Positions 25,740 through 37,602 of a DNA stretch of 64,000 nt are shown here, one piece after another (position 1 is the stretch's first letter; each line of letters begins with the position of its first letter). The translations under genes and the position numbers were made by a program. Under the pieces are notes generated by a model, which worked only from the letters and a program-made list of their open reading frames with translations, made no database searches and was not told the DNA's origin. The stretch lies in the NCBI RefSeq assembly GCF_006345805.1, contig NC_043004.1, forward strand, positions 77,996,001 through 78,060,000. Direction: 5' to 3'. Source of the DNA: Octopus sinensis. Taxonomy: Eukaryota.

Positions 25740-26328
25740 GATAGGGTAGGACAGTATTTACACTGGAAAATAGATAAACACTACAAAATCAGTATCCCTG
25801 CTTACTGGTATGAATATCGTTGATAGTAAAAATGTCACTATCCTCGGGGATTTTCCAGTCAACACTGACAGAACAATCCAGGCTAATTGACCAGACATAA
25901 TTATTAAAGACAGAGAAGAAATTATTTGTAGAATAATAGATGTAAATGTTCCCTCTGATAAAAATATGTCAAGGAATTTGACAAACTAAGTAAATATAAG
26001 GACCTGGAAATTGAAATACAAAAGATGTGGCATCTTAAAACAAGAACTGTTCAGGTTATTGCAGGTACCCTAGGTATGGTAAAAAAGGGATGTCAGAAAC
26101 ATCTAGATAACATCCCAGGAGAACTATGTCTTGGAGAAATCTAAAAGATTGTACTGACAAGTACTGCCCACATCCTTAGAACTGTGTTGTATTACATGAA
26201 GACATTTCACTACACTTCCTCCCCAAGCTTTCAGTCATACTGTAACATCTTTTATCCTTCACTTGACCCAGGACACTGGGTGTGACTTGGCAAGTGACTG
26301 TCACAAACATGCAGATTAAAAGTAAAAA
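25740..26328 (+). mobile_element. R4/Dong-like non-LTR retrotransposon 3' fragment (restriction-like endonuclease), decayed
   Basis: Translates as DRVGQYLHW...TDRTIQAN*PDIIIKD...IIDVNVPSD...KLSKYKDLEIEIQKMW...GTLG...TAHILRTVL (PD..D..K REL motif); (TAA)n on both sides. Confidence 0.85.
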
Positions 26329-27630
26329 ATAATAATAATAGTAATAATCCTTTCTACTGAAGGCACAAGGCTTGAAATTTTAGGTGGGGGAGGGGGTCAG
26401 TCAATTAGATTGATCCCAGTATGCAACTGGTACTTTATTTATCAACCCCGAAAGGATAAAAGGCAAAGTCGACCTTGGCGGAATTTGAACTCAGAACTTA
26501 AAGACAGACAAAATACTGCTATGCATTTCACCCAGTGTACTAGCTCACCACCTTTAGTAATGATAATAATAATAATAATAATAATTATGGCTTCAAATTT
26601 TGGCATGAGGCCAGTAATTTCAGGTGAAGGGATAAACTGATTATATCAACCCAGAAAGAATGAAAGGCAAAGTTGACCATGGCAGAAATTGAACCCAGAA
26701 CATAAAGGCCAATGAAATGTTGCTCTGGATTTTACCCAGTGGTTCTAACAGTTTTGCCAGGTTGTCACCTTGTTACATTTAATATTGAAGTTATGATGAA
26801 ATTTTATTAACTGCAAATAAAATATATCTGCAGTATCAAATTAAAATCTTTGAACCACCTCAGAAAAGTATTAAAAATCTAGTTAGATTCTTTCCAGGAT
26901 AGGAAAATGAACAGAATTTTTTAAAAATCAATTTTACCATTTTAAAATTCTACATCAATAAGCATGAGCTTAAGATCAATTTTTATATATTATGTGTATG
27001 TTTAACAAGAAAAATAAAACATTTCTAAATGATTTCTTCTGTTTCAGGTAAATCTAATAATGCAATGGGAAAATGAAATTGGAATGCAATTGAAATTTTC
27101 GGTAAAAAATCCTTTTTCAATTCCTTTGTGTATGTTTTTAACAATCTAAAAGGTTTAGGGAGCTTCAATATTGCTATCCAACTGCTAGAAATAGCAACTA
27201 AATCTCCCTTCAATTATACCTCATAATCTTAAAAATAGAAAGGATACAATGGTTAATGTTCTGTAAGGCAGGGTGATCATGGTTGGAATGCCTTTACCGA
27301 TAGGTCATCACAGTTAATTACAGCTTTATTACATTTATTTTGAGCAAATTTTTTCTTGATTTGATATCAAACCAAAATGACCGTTACGACGTAAAACTTC
27401 TTGGGCAAGTGCCTTCTACTATGGCCTGGACTGACCATGGCCTTGGGAGTGGATTTGGTTGAAGGAAACTGAAAGAAGCCTATCATGTGTGTGTGTGTGC
27501 ATATATAGACAGACAACCAGAAAGAGATAGATAGACAGACAGACAGACAGCTACATAGATAGATATGTATCTGTGTGTGTGTGTGTGTTTATGTGCTTTT
27601 ATGTCTACAGAATGAAAAAAGATCACTTAC

Positions 27631-27711
27631 AGTTGGTCCGTTTCTGTATGAAGCGTAATTTACAGGCAGTTCGGTAAGTAGCAAACCTGATGACATCATA
27701 GTTCTGAGATC
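27631..27711 (-). CDS. Dtn: Dystrobrevin exon ([26 protein letters not shown])
   Basis: ttattttag|GATCTCAG...ACCAACT|gtaagt, 81 nt, phase 1/1. Contains the dystrophin-family YRTAxKLR motif. Too short to appear in the ORF track. Confidence 0.96.
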
Positions 27712-27820
27712 CTAAAATAAGGCAAAATACCATTCAAGAATTTGGTTGACAAACAGACTGTCAAAAATATTTCAAATACTAACAGAAGATTTCAAATGCA
27801 AGAAGAGCAACATTTTGATT

Positions 27821-28014
27821 CAGTTTTATATCTAAAAGATGAGGAATCATGTACATTATTTACCTTATTTACATTTGACGGATATTTGTCCTCATCTTGT
27901 TTGATGTTAACACAACGCTTCGGCTGATATACCCTCCAGCCTTCATCAGGTGTCTCGGGGAAATTTCGAACGTGGATTCTCATTCCTAAGGTATCTTTCG
28001 ATGTTGTTATTATC

Positions 28015-28045
<31 letters not shown>

Positions 28046-28310
28046 TTACTGCCTGAAATCAAACTCGGAATCTTGGTGTAGTGGTTAAGAGCGTGGGCTA
28101 CTAACCCCAAGATTCCGAGTTCGATTCCAGGCAGTGACCTGAATGATAATAATAACATCAAAAAATACCTTAGGAATGAGAACCCAGGTTCGAAATTTCC
28201 CCAAGACACCTGATGAAGGCTGGAGAGTATATCAACCGAAACGTGTTAACAACAAACAAGATGAGGACAAATATCCATCAAATGTAAATAATATAAATAA
28301 TGCAAATAAT
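27821..28310. mobile_element. Head-to-head palindromic element: tRNA-like head + (AAT)n + hammerhead motif
   Basis: Left arm 27821-28072 is the reverse complement of the right arm. A box TGGTGTAGTGG at 28074 and B box GAGTTCGATTCC at 28117. Hammerhead cores at 27909-27954 (-) and 28205-28247 (+). Confidence 0.8.
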
Positions 28311-28405
28311 TTCTGATTCAGTTCAATATTTAGTTACAAGAAATGGAGTCACTACTGGTTGGATACAGATGGCATCATCCTGCTGTCCAAAGTATATAAC
28401 CAATA

Positions 28406-28538
28406 CAGGCATAGGAGTGGCTGTGTGGTAAGTAGCTTGCTTACCAACCACATGGTTCTGGGTTCAGTCCCACTGCATGCCACCTTGGGCAAGTGTGAGT
28501 GGATTTGGGAAACAAAAACTGAAAGAAGACCATTGTAT

Positions 28539-28585
<47 letters not shown>

Positions 28586-28790
28586 CTGTGTTTTCCCCCA
28601 TCCCCAACATCACTTGACAACCGATGTTGGTGTGCTTACGTCCCCATAACTTAGCGGTTCGGCAAAAGAGACCGATAGAATAAGTACTAGGCTTACAAAG
28701 AATAAATCCTGGGGTCGATTTGTTCAACTAAAGGCAGTGCTCCAGCATGGCTGTAATCAAATCACCGAAACAAATAAAAAAAAAGAAAAA
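28406..28790 (+). mobile_element. Abundant tRNA-derived SINE, family A (representative; others at ~720-925, 2075-2280, 5395-5900, 6180-6990, 10645-11005, 21350-21720, 22415-22800, 29690-29880, 30460-30610, 33735-34670, 43975-44350, 45125-45345, 55990-56295, 57055-57185, 62452-63000)
   Basis: ggctgtgtggtaag...ggttcagtccc head, accttgggcaagtg core, internal (TA)/(TG) tract, tail gtgctccagcatggcc...gactgaaacaagtaaaag. Confidence 0.88.
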
Positions 28791-29843
28791 GAATACATAA
28801 AGACATACACACATATGTACAATGCACAGAAATATGCCTATCTTTGTACATGTTTCAGCCATTAGACTGAGGCCATTCTGGAGCACCACCTTCAAGCGTT
28901 TTTAATCAAATGACTCAACCCCAATACTATTTTGTTTTAGCCTGGTACTTATTCCATCAGTTTCCTTTGCTGAACTGCTAAGTTATGAGGATGTAAACAT
29001 TCCAACATTGTTGTCAAGAAGTGGTGAGACACACATACACCTACACACACAAGGCTTTGGTTTGGCCAAGGCTAAAAGACTCTTGCCCAAGGTGTCACGC
29101 GGTGGGACTGAACCTGGTAAGCAAACTTCCCCCTACACAGCCGTACCTGAGCAAACTGTAATTAACCTTATGAAAAGTGTAAATATTTTTGAAGCATAAA
29201 ATAATTTGTCTTGAGTAACATTGCTAAAATGAGGGAAATTATTCTGGGGAGTGATTGCAGAATTACAAAACAGGAGCTAGAAATAAGTTTTGAGAACATT
29301 CTCATTAAAACCTAATTCAGCTATTAAATTCCTCAAGGTAAAAGAGCCACAGTTACAAAACAGCAGGGATAAATAATGACATTTTGAGCTTTTCAAAGTA
29401 ATGCCTGGATTTTATTAAAAGAAAACTGGTGAAGCAAAAAAGAGAAAGATGAACGTGAATAAAATGACTGATTTAAAGGCTTTTGGAGGTTATTGAAAGA
29501 ACCTAGAAATGTGTAGGAACAAGCAGGTAACAATGAAAGAAAAGATTTCAATTTTCAAACAAAGCTGGTTTGTTCATAAGGAATATATTTTGGAAAAAGA
29601 ACCGATAAATCTAGATTATAATTTGTTATTAGAATAACACCATTAGATTGTATTCTAAAGAAATAAACCAATTCTCATTAAGAAGTATGGATGTGAGGTA
29701 AAGAAACTGGCTTCCTAACCATGCAGTCTCAGGTTCGGTCTTGTTGCATGCAACCTTGGGCAAGTGGGTTTTTTTATAACCCCAGGCTAACAAAAGGCTT
29801 GAGAGTGGATTTGATTGACAGAAACTGAAAGAAGTCCATTGCA

Positions 29844-29882
<39 letters not shown>

Positions 29883-30674
29883 AAATCTTTCCATGTTTAC
29901 CAAGTTCTTAATATTTCAAAATTTCTTTCAAAGAACTACACCTTGTATTTCCTTGTTAATGACAGCATATGCAGACAAAAAAAATACTCAGTGTGTGTGT
30001 GTGTGTTTTGCAACGACACTAAATTAAAAACCATTGAATACTTAGGTTTAACATTCACATTTTTTTTATGAATTTACAAAGAAATGAAAAATCTATTGTC
30101 TTCTATAGACAGTCTCCTCATTTTTAAAAAAAATATCTTTCAAAATGTAAAAACTTCAACAGTATTAATGAGATCCAACAGAAGACATTACCCAGAGGCT
30201 TTGAATTAACTACAATTTTAAAAGTGACTTGTTGAATATTCTAAGCTTTTCAGGAATGTTAATCTAAAAAAAATAAAAATAAATAAACTATGACTGTTAA
30301 TAGTAATCAAATAATTTTCTTTGTGGAACTAATAGCTTTTCAGTTTGCTATAAATGGCAACAAATTGAAGATATTGGCAGGCTTTTCATTTATTTCTTGG
30401 TATCTTTATTCCAACAAATATAGGATATTAATAGTCTTTTATGAGAAGAAATGTTAGCATTGACTGTGTGGTTAGAACTTTGCTTCCCAACCGCATGGTT
30501 CAGTGTTCAATCCCACTGCATGGCACTGCAGGTAAGTGTTTTTTTACTATAGCCTTGGGTTAACCAAACCCATGTAAGAGGGTTTGGTAGACAGAAACTG
30601 AAAGAAGCCTGCCATTTGCAGCGTTCTGCTCAGTAGCTTTATAAGTTCTAAAATTGTGAATTAATTTGTCAGTG

Positions 30675-30750
30675 GGCAGTTTAGCTTAATTGGTAAAGCA
30701 CTTGACCGGTAATCAAAGGGATGCGGGTTCAAGTCTTATGGTCGGTTGCT
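30675..30750 (+). pseudogene. tRNA-like sequence (Thr-like, anticodon GGT), probably a SINE head or tRNA pseudogene
   Basis: D arm tagcttaattggtaaagca, anticodon arm cttga-ccggtaa-tcaaa, B box gggttcaagtc; T stem and acceptor stem are degraded. Confidence 0.55.
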
Positions 30751-30876
30751 GACATATTTTCCCACTTTCTATGGATATTTTATCCTGTCTGCTGTTCTAT
30801 CAGTGTTTGTGCATTTGAGAATATATTATTATCTTATTTGTATCTCATAATATATATATATATATATATATAAATT

Positions 30877-31050
30877 ATAAATTAGGGTATCTACGAGATA
30901 CCACCATGCTGAAAATAGCAGCCATGATCTGACTCTAAAACCACCTTAATTGTCCATATATCAACACGGAGAGAAAACAAAGGTGGTTTTAGAGTCAGAT
31001 CATGGCTGCTATTTTCAGCATGGTGGTATCTCGTAGATACCCTAATTTAT
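30877..31050. repeat. Perfect 71-bp inverted repeat with 32-nt spacer
   Basis: Arms 30877-30947 and 30980-31050 are exact reverse complements by inspection. Confidence 0.92.
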
Positions 31051-31336
31051 CATTTTAATAATTATTACCTTTGAAGGTTATTTTTTCCATGCTGACCACT
31101 TGATAAAATCGTTATTTTATCAAGTGGTTAGCATGGAAAAATTTCGTTATTTTATCTTTAAATCAACGATCTTATCCTTATATATATATATATATATATA
31201 CATGAATGTGTGTGTCTTTGTGTCTGTGTTGTCCCCCATCACTGCTTGACAATTGGTGTTTACATCTTGGCAACTTAGTGGTTCAGCAAATGATTCCAAA
31301 CAAAATAAGAAAGACAAAAATGCCTGCACCACTTAC

Positions 31337-31403
31337 TCAGTTCCGTCATCAGCTGCTTGTGTTCTACGAATGCCCGAGTTGTTGGACTCGTGTCATCCAA
31401 CAT
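31337..31403 (-). CDS. Dtn: Dystrobrevin, first recognisable coding exon (MLDDTSPTTRAFVEHKQLMTEL+A); whole exon 31337-31432
   Basis: Minus strand tttctttcag|GTCACTTAG...ATG TTG GAT...GAA CTG A|gtaagt. 67 coding nt ending in phase 1; splices in frame to the next exon giving ...[16 protein letters not shown], which resembles the vertebrate dystrobrevin N-terminus (RQLFAEMRAQDLDRIRL). Confidence 0.88.
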
Positions 31404-31715
31404 TCTAGAATCATCTGATGCGGCTAAGTGACCTGAAAGAAACAAGTAAAAGCTGTTAGTAAGGACATCCTGCATTGGATCAAGGCTGTATAGATGTATA
31501 AGCAAGGATTAAGATGGAATAAACAGACCTCAGTATCATATAGATGCTGATAATTATTTTAGTGCCATCCGAAATGACCGACAGGACTTGAAGATGGAAC
31601 ATGGATGCAATTCTAGAGCAGTTATTGTTTCTACCATTCCACTGTTTGTGGGAAAGAAAGAGAGATTTCTACTGTAGGCACAAAGCCACAGATTTCGAAG
31701 GATGGGGCACCAGAT

Positions 31716-32590
31716 TTAACCCTTTTGATGCCAGCCAATCCAAGACCCTCAGCCATGGGTTCTATGTTACAAAGTTCCTCTTTTAAAGTGATCTAATTAA
31801 AACCTTCCATCAAAATTTAATTTCTGTTCCAAACACCAGCTTAACCCTTTTCTTACCATTTTTTGGTTGAAATACACTGCATTTGTTTCAATTAATTGTA
31901 AATATGATGAAGAATTCAAGAAAATAACTTTGCCAGTATTAAGTTGGTGTTAAGAACACAAATTAACATGAAATTTCAATAGGAAGTTTTTAATTTAGAT
32001 AATTTCAAAACAGGAAACTTGAATCATAAAATTAAGGGCAGTCTCAGATGGTTTGGTATCAAAAATGTTAATAATGGCAAGGTTATTTTATCAAATTCTT
32101 CACTATTTTCAAAGTTTATTAGAACAAAAGCAGTGTATTTCAACTGTGGTAACAAAACAATTAACCCATTTTTTATGAACTTGAATGAAACCATTCCTGG
32201 TACTATGATGCAAACCTCATATTTTAAAGTCATTTAAATTAAAATTTCCCCCTAAAACTTCAGATTAATTTATGTTCCAAACAGCAGCTTAATAACTAAA
32301 TTCATTATTTTCAAAATTAGTTGAAACAAAGGCAATATATTTGAACAAAAATATTCTCGTCAGATTAGATTCCAGATCTTTCCATCCCGTTTCTCTTAAC
32401 CCTTTCCATATCAACCTGCCTGAGATCATCCCTGGTCCTATGATACAAATACCCTGTCTTAAAGAAATCCAAATTAAAACCTTCTCGCATCAAAATTTCA
32501 TGTTGTGTTACCAAATTCTTCATTATCTTTGAAATTAACTTAATTAATGGCAATGTATTTCAACAGGAACATGGTTACAAAAGGTTTTAA
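31716..32590. mobile_element. Cluster of nested/tandem piggyBac-like MITEs
   Basis: Units begin TTAAccc at 31716, 31841, 32161 and 32396 with shared internal sequence (aaattaaaaccttc...caaaatttc...ccaaacaccagcttaa). Confidence 0.62.
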
Positions 32591-33944
32591 TCAAGCCAAT
32601 ACTTTGATTGCTATTTCTTTTAGCAATGTTGAGAGGATGAACAACAAGGCTTACTTGGGTGAAATTAGAACCCAAAATATAAAATACAGATGGTTGTCTC
32701 TCACGGTTGAGTGTGGCCAGGTGACAGCACCATGGCTTTGCTAATTGTTTTAGTCATCTGCAGACATAGATAGCATCTCAGCCCTTTCACCTTTGACCCA
32801 AAGAAGCATCCAAGACGGAGGGAGAGGCAGGCCAAAGTAGCACTTGAATGAACATTACAGCTGAGTAGACAGGAATAATATGCAATGAAGAAGAGCCTTG
32901 CTTAGGGTTATAATATACATTGCCCAGTTCATGAAATGAACCCATGACTCCATAACCACAAACCAAACACCCTAAACCACTAGGCCATGTGTATTTGTAC
33001 AGAACATAAAGTGTGACCAAATGTTCCACCAATTCTGTCTTTTACATTAATTAACAATAATTAATGTAAAAGAAATATTTCATGTTTTTTAAAATAATTT
33101 AAAGGATTAAAATTAAAAATAACAGTAACAGATTACCAAGGATTATTGGATTAACTAAATCTGGCAGGTGATAAAAATATAATCAGTTCATTTAACAAAA
33201 TGCTTAGTCATTGGGTTCATCTTATTTTTGTTTTGTTTGTTTATTTTTTATAAATTTATATTTTAGACACACTAAATTAAAAACTAATTCACTAAAGTAA
33301 TTAAAATCCTTTAATTACTATAATGAGCAATGACAATTTTTTTTATATTTCCAGAAAGATGATAATGGCATTAGAATAAGATAAGATAACATTTTAAAAT
33401 TGAAAATATTTTGGGTTTTTTCTTTTGAATTCTTTTACTATGCCAGCATGCATGAGATGGGGGTGGGGGTTGCAGCTTTTGCAGAGCAAATGTCTTTACA
33501 ACCTGTTGCCCTTTTCAACTGCAAACCATCAGTGTATGCAACTGAAACAACATTAAATTAAAATCAGAATCTGTGCATCATATTAAATGTATGTACATAG
33601 ACAAAAGGCATAATGCTGCAGTTTTTGTCTGAAAAAAAAAACTCTCCAAAAGCAAGTTGTGTTTAAAATACAATATGAATATCACTGGTATAATAATGTA
33701 TGCCTCACTCCAATATATATATATATATATATACGTGCAGGTGTGGCTGAGTGGAAGGTATGTCTTGCTTCCTGACCACATGGTTCTGGGTTCAGTTCCA
33801 CTGCGTCACACTTTGGACAAGTGTCTTCTACTATAGCCTTGGGCCAACCAAAGCCTTGTGAGTGAAACTGACAGAGGGACACTGAAAGCAGCCAGTCATA
33901 TATATAGATGTGTACGTATGTATGTGTGTGTGTGTGTGTATGTG

Positions 33945-34000
<56 letters not shown>

Positions 34001-34781
34001 TGCAGAAGTGGCTGTGTGGTAAGACACTTCCTTCCCAAACATATGCTTCTAGGTTCAGTCCCACTGTATGGCACCTTGGGCAAGTGTCTTCTACTGTAGC
34101 CTCGGGCTGACCAAAACCTTGTGAGTGGATTCGGTAGACGGAAACTGAAAGAAGCCTGTCACATATATATATAATTGTTAAAGTGGACAGCAAACGTTAA
34201 GACAAGACAAACATCTCAAGTCATATACAATATTATTACAGGAAATAATATACACATTATTATTATTGGAAAAATTCCAATAATAATAATGTATATGATT
34301 TATGGGAAATCTACAATGGCTCCATAACTCCTGTCTCAAATATAACCTTGGAGCCCAGGTAATCTGTTACAGCACTTACCCAGCGTACCTAGTCATTTAG
34401 ATCACCTGTGAACTAAATCCCCATATATACATATATATACATATATGTGTGTGTGTGTGCGTATATATATGTATGTATATATTTGTGCATGTATATGTCT
34501 GTGTTTGTCCCCACCACCATTGTTTGACAACTGATGTTGGTGTGTTTATATCATCGTTCAGCAAAAGAGACTGACAGAATAAGTACTAAGCTTACAAGGA
34601 ATAAGTCCTGGGTGGGGTGATTTGGTGCTCCAGCATGGCCACAGTCAAATGACTGAAACAAATAAAAGAATATATATCAAGACTGGAGCTTGGTGCAGCC
34701 ATCTGGTTCGCCAGCCCACAGTCAAACCGTCCAACCCATGCTAGCATGGAAAGCGGACGTTAAACGATGACGATGATGATA

Positions 34782-34818
<37 letters not shown>

Positions 34819-36984
34819 TATATAAATATATCAAAGTGAGATGAATGACATTGCAGCAGTGACTCACAAGAATGACAAATAAATTTTGATTCGTTGGTTT
34901 GTTAAAATTTCCATGGTTCTTTCTCTGGAATGTCAATAATAGCAAAGTCTGGTATTGCCATTCTGAACACACTTTTCCCAATGACAGTTTCAATCTCATT
35001 CTTTCATAGCCTGAAAGATCTCATATTTCTCTCATTTTGGAAAGGAATTTGGACAAACTTCTTACTTCCTCCCTATGCTATGTACACCTAGCATCAATTC
35101 GCCAGGTGTACATAGCATGTAAACCTGACAACTTGATATTGTTCCATATTCATTACTTCCAATCCTACCACCCCTGTCTTTTAGCCTTTATGATTCCATC
35201 CATTTTATCATGCCATCACTACGTCACCTTCCATCCGGCTGGCATTTTGCTCCAACTTATGGTCCATTGCTGCCTCATAGAATCTCCCAGCTGCTTTCTA
35301 TGTTGTAAACCTTTAGCTTCAACCGCTTTCTTAACGCACACATTTTCTGGAACTTCTCTGAATAGTGGGATGGATAACGGTTTCAAATTCTGGCACAAGG
35401 CCAGCAATTTCAGGGGAAGGGGTAAGTTGATTCAATCAGCCCCAGTGTGCAGCTGGTAGTAATTTTATCAACCTGAAACGGTGAAATGTAAAGCTAACTT
35501 TGGTGGAATTTGAACTCAGAATGTATGGATGGATGGAATACTGCTAAGCGTTTTCTGCAACATGCTAAGAATGCTGCCAGCCTGCCACCTGGTGGGATAA
35601 CTATTATGCCATGAAGAAGAAATGAAGTCTAAATGTTTCACTGGAGAGAGGGAGAGGGGGAAAGAGAAGGAGAAAGAAAGAGGGAGAGAGAAAGAAAGGG
35701 AGAGAAAGAGGGAGAGAGGGGGAGACAGAAAGTGGGAAGGAAGGAGAGAAGGAGGGACAAAGAGGGAGAGAGATAAGGAGAGATAGATAGCGGGGGACAA
35801 AGAGAGGGAAGGAGAGAGAAGTTGTTTCCTCATAGAGAAGAAGGGAGAGTGATTAGCGAGAGAAGAATAAGAAAGGAGGGGGGGTAAAGATAAACTCTCA
35901 TTCCTTTAACTCAAAACAAATACAATTTACATCACAAACCTTGAAACCATAATCTCATGAGAGAGGAAGAAAACTAAAAACAACAACAACAACAACACAC
36001 ATTATCAATGATGTATATCAGAAACAGAGTTTGTGTGTGTTATCAATGATGTAAGTCAGAAATAAAGTTTTCATATATATATTATTTATTTATTTATTTC
36101 TAGATTAAATCTTCTCGACTAATCCTCTCTTTGAACTGATTAAGATCACAGAAGTCCAGATAAAAGATATGATTTGCCGAGGTGTTGATTGTTAAACTAC
36201 TGTGTTATACGAACAAGCACCACTCACTGCTTAGCTGCATACAATACAATCAGCAACGGAGAACAAGGTTGGAATTGGAAAGAAAATGAATAACAACCAA
36301 AACATTTCTAACTTTCATTCTTTTCTTGCAGTGTTCCTGATAACAAAACTAAACTCTATTTTCAAATTATAGAATTTCTGATATGATTGAGACAAACAAC
36401 AACATATATCATCATCATCATCGTTTAACATCCGTTTTCCATGCTAGCATGTGTTGGATGGTTCGACCGGGGTCTGGGAAGCCAGGAGGCTGCACCAGGC
36501 TCTAGTCTGATTTGGCAGTGTTTCTACAGCTGGATGCCCTTCCTAACACCAACCACTCTATGAGTGTAGTAGGTGCTTTTTACATGCCACTGGCACAGAA
36601 GCCAGTCAAGGTGGCACTGGCATCGACCACGTACGGATGGTGTTTTTTACGTGCCACCGGCATATATATATATACACACACATGGTTGTGTGGTAAGAAG
36701 TTTGCTTCCCAACCACAGTTCCCGGTTCAGTTCCTCTGCATGGCACCTTGGCCTTGTGAGTAGATTTGGTAGACGGAAACTGAAAAAAGCCCATCATATA
36801 TACATATATATATATATATCATCATCATCATCATCATTTAACGTCCACTTTCCATGCTAGCATGGGTTGGACGGTTCGACCGGGGTCTGGGGAGCCCGAA
36901 GGCTGCACCAGGCCAGTCAGATCTGGCAGTGTTTCTACAGCTGGATGCCCTTCCTAACGCCAACCACTCTGAGAGTGTAGTGGG

Positions 36985-37445
36985 TGATTTTATGTGCCAC
37001 CGACACAGGTGCCAGACAAGGCTGGCGAACGGCCACGCTCGGAAGGTGTTTTTATGTGCCACCGACACAGGTGCCAGACGAAGCTGGCGAACGGCCACGC
37101 TCGGATGGTGTTTTTATGTGCCACCGACACAGGTGCCAGACAAGGCTAGCAGACGACCACACTCGGATGGTGTTTTTACGTGCCACCGACACAGGTGCCA
37201 GACAAGGCTGGCGAACGGACACGCTCAGATGGTGTTTTTATGTGCCACCGACACAGGTGCCAGACAAGGCTAGCAGACGACCACGCTTGGATGGTGTTTT
37301 TTATGTGCCACCGACACAGGAGCCAGATTAGGCTGGCGATCGGCCACGATTGGATGGTGATTGTTACGTGCCCACAGCATGGAGGCCAGTCAGTGCAGTA
37401 CTGGCTACGGCCACGTTCGGATGGTTTTCTTGTGTGCCACCGGGA
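36985..37445. repeat. About 60-61-bp tandem repeat (~7 units) in the RTE 3' UTR
   Basis: Repeated gtgtttttatgtgccaccgacacaggtgccagacaaggct(ggcgaacgg/agcagacga)ccacgctcggatg. Confidence 0.92.
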
Positions 37446-37602
37446 CTGGTACCACAAAGATACAAATTCCATTGATGTTCATCTATTTTGATTTTGTTTG
37501 ATTTTCACTTGCCTCAACAGGTCTTCACAAGTGTCACCAGAAGGAAGGTATGCACAGGTGGACTGACTACGTCCCAGGTAGGGGCCACGGGTTATGGCCT
37601 GA

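Noticed and set aside
28074-28140. Functional tRNA gene
   Set aside because: Acceptor and T stems are imperfect and it is embedded in a repeated element; treated as a tRNA-derived head.
35140-35360. Possible old LINE C-terminal fragment on the minus strand
   Set aside because: Too degraded to assign from motifs.
36854-37491. Repetitive ORFs and CRISPR-like periodicity
   Set aside because: Tandem repeat of the RTE 3' UTR; no unique spacers, eukaryotic context, no cas genes.
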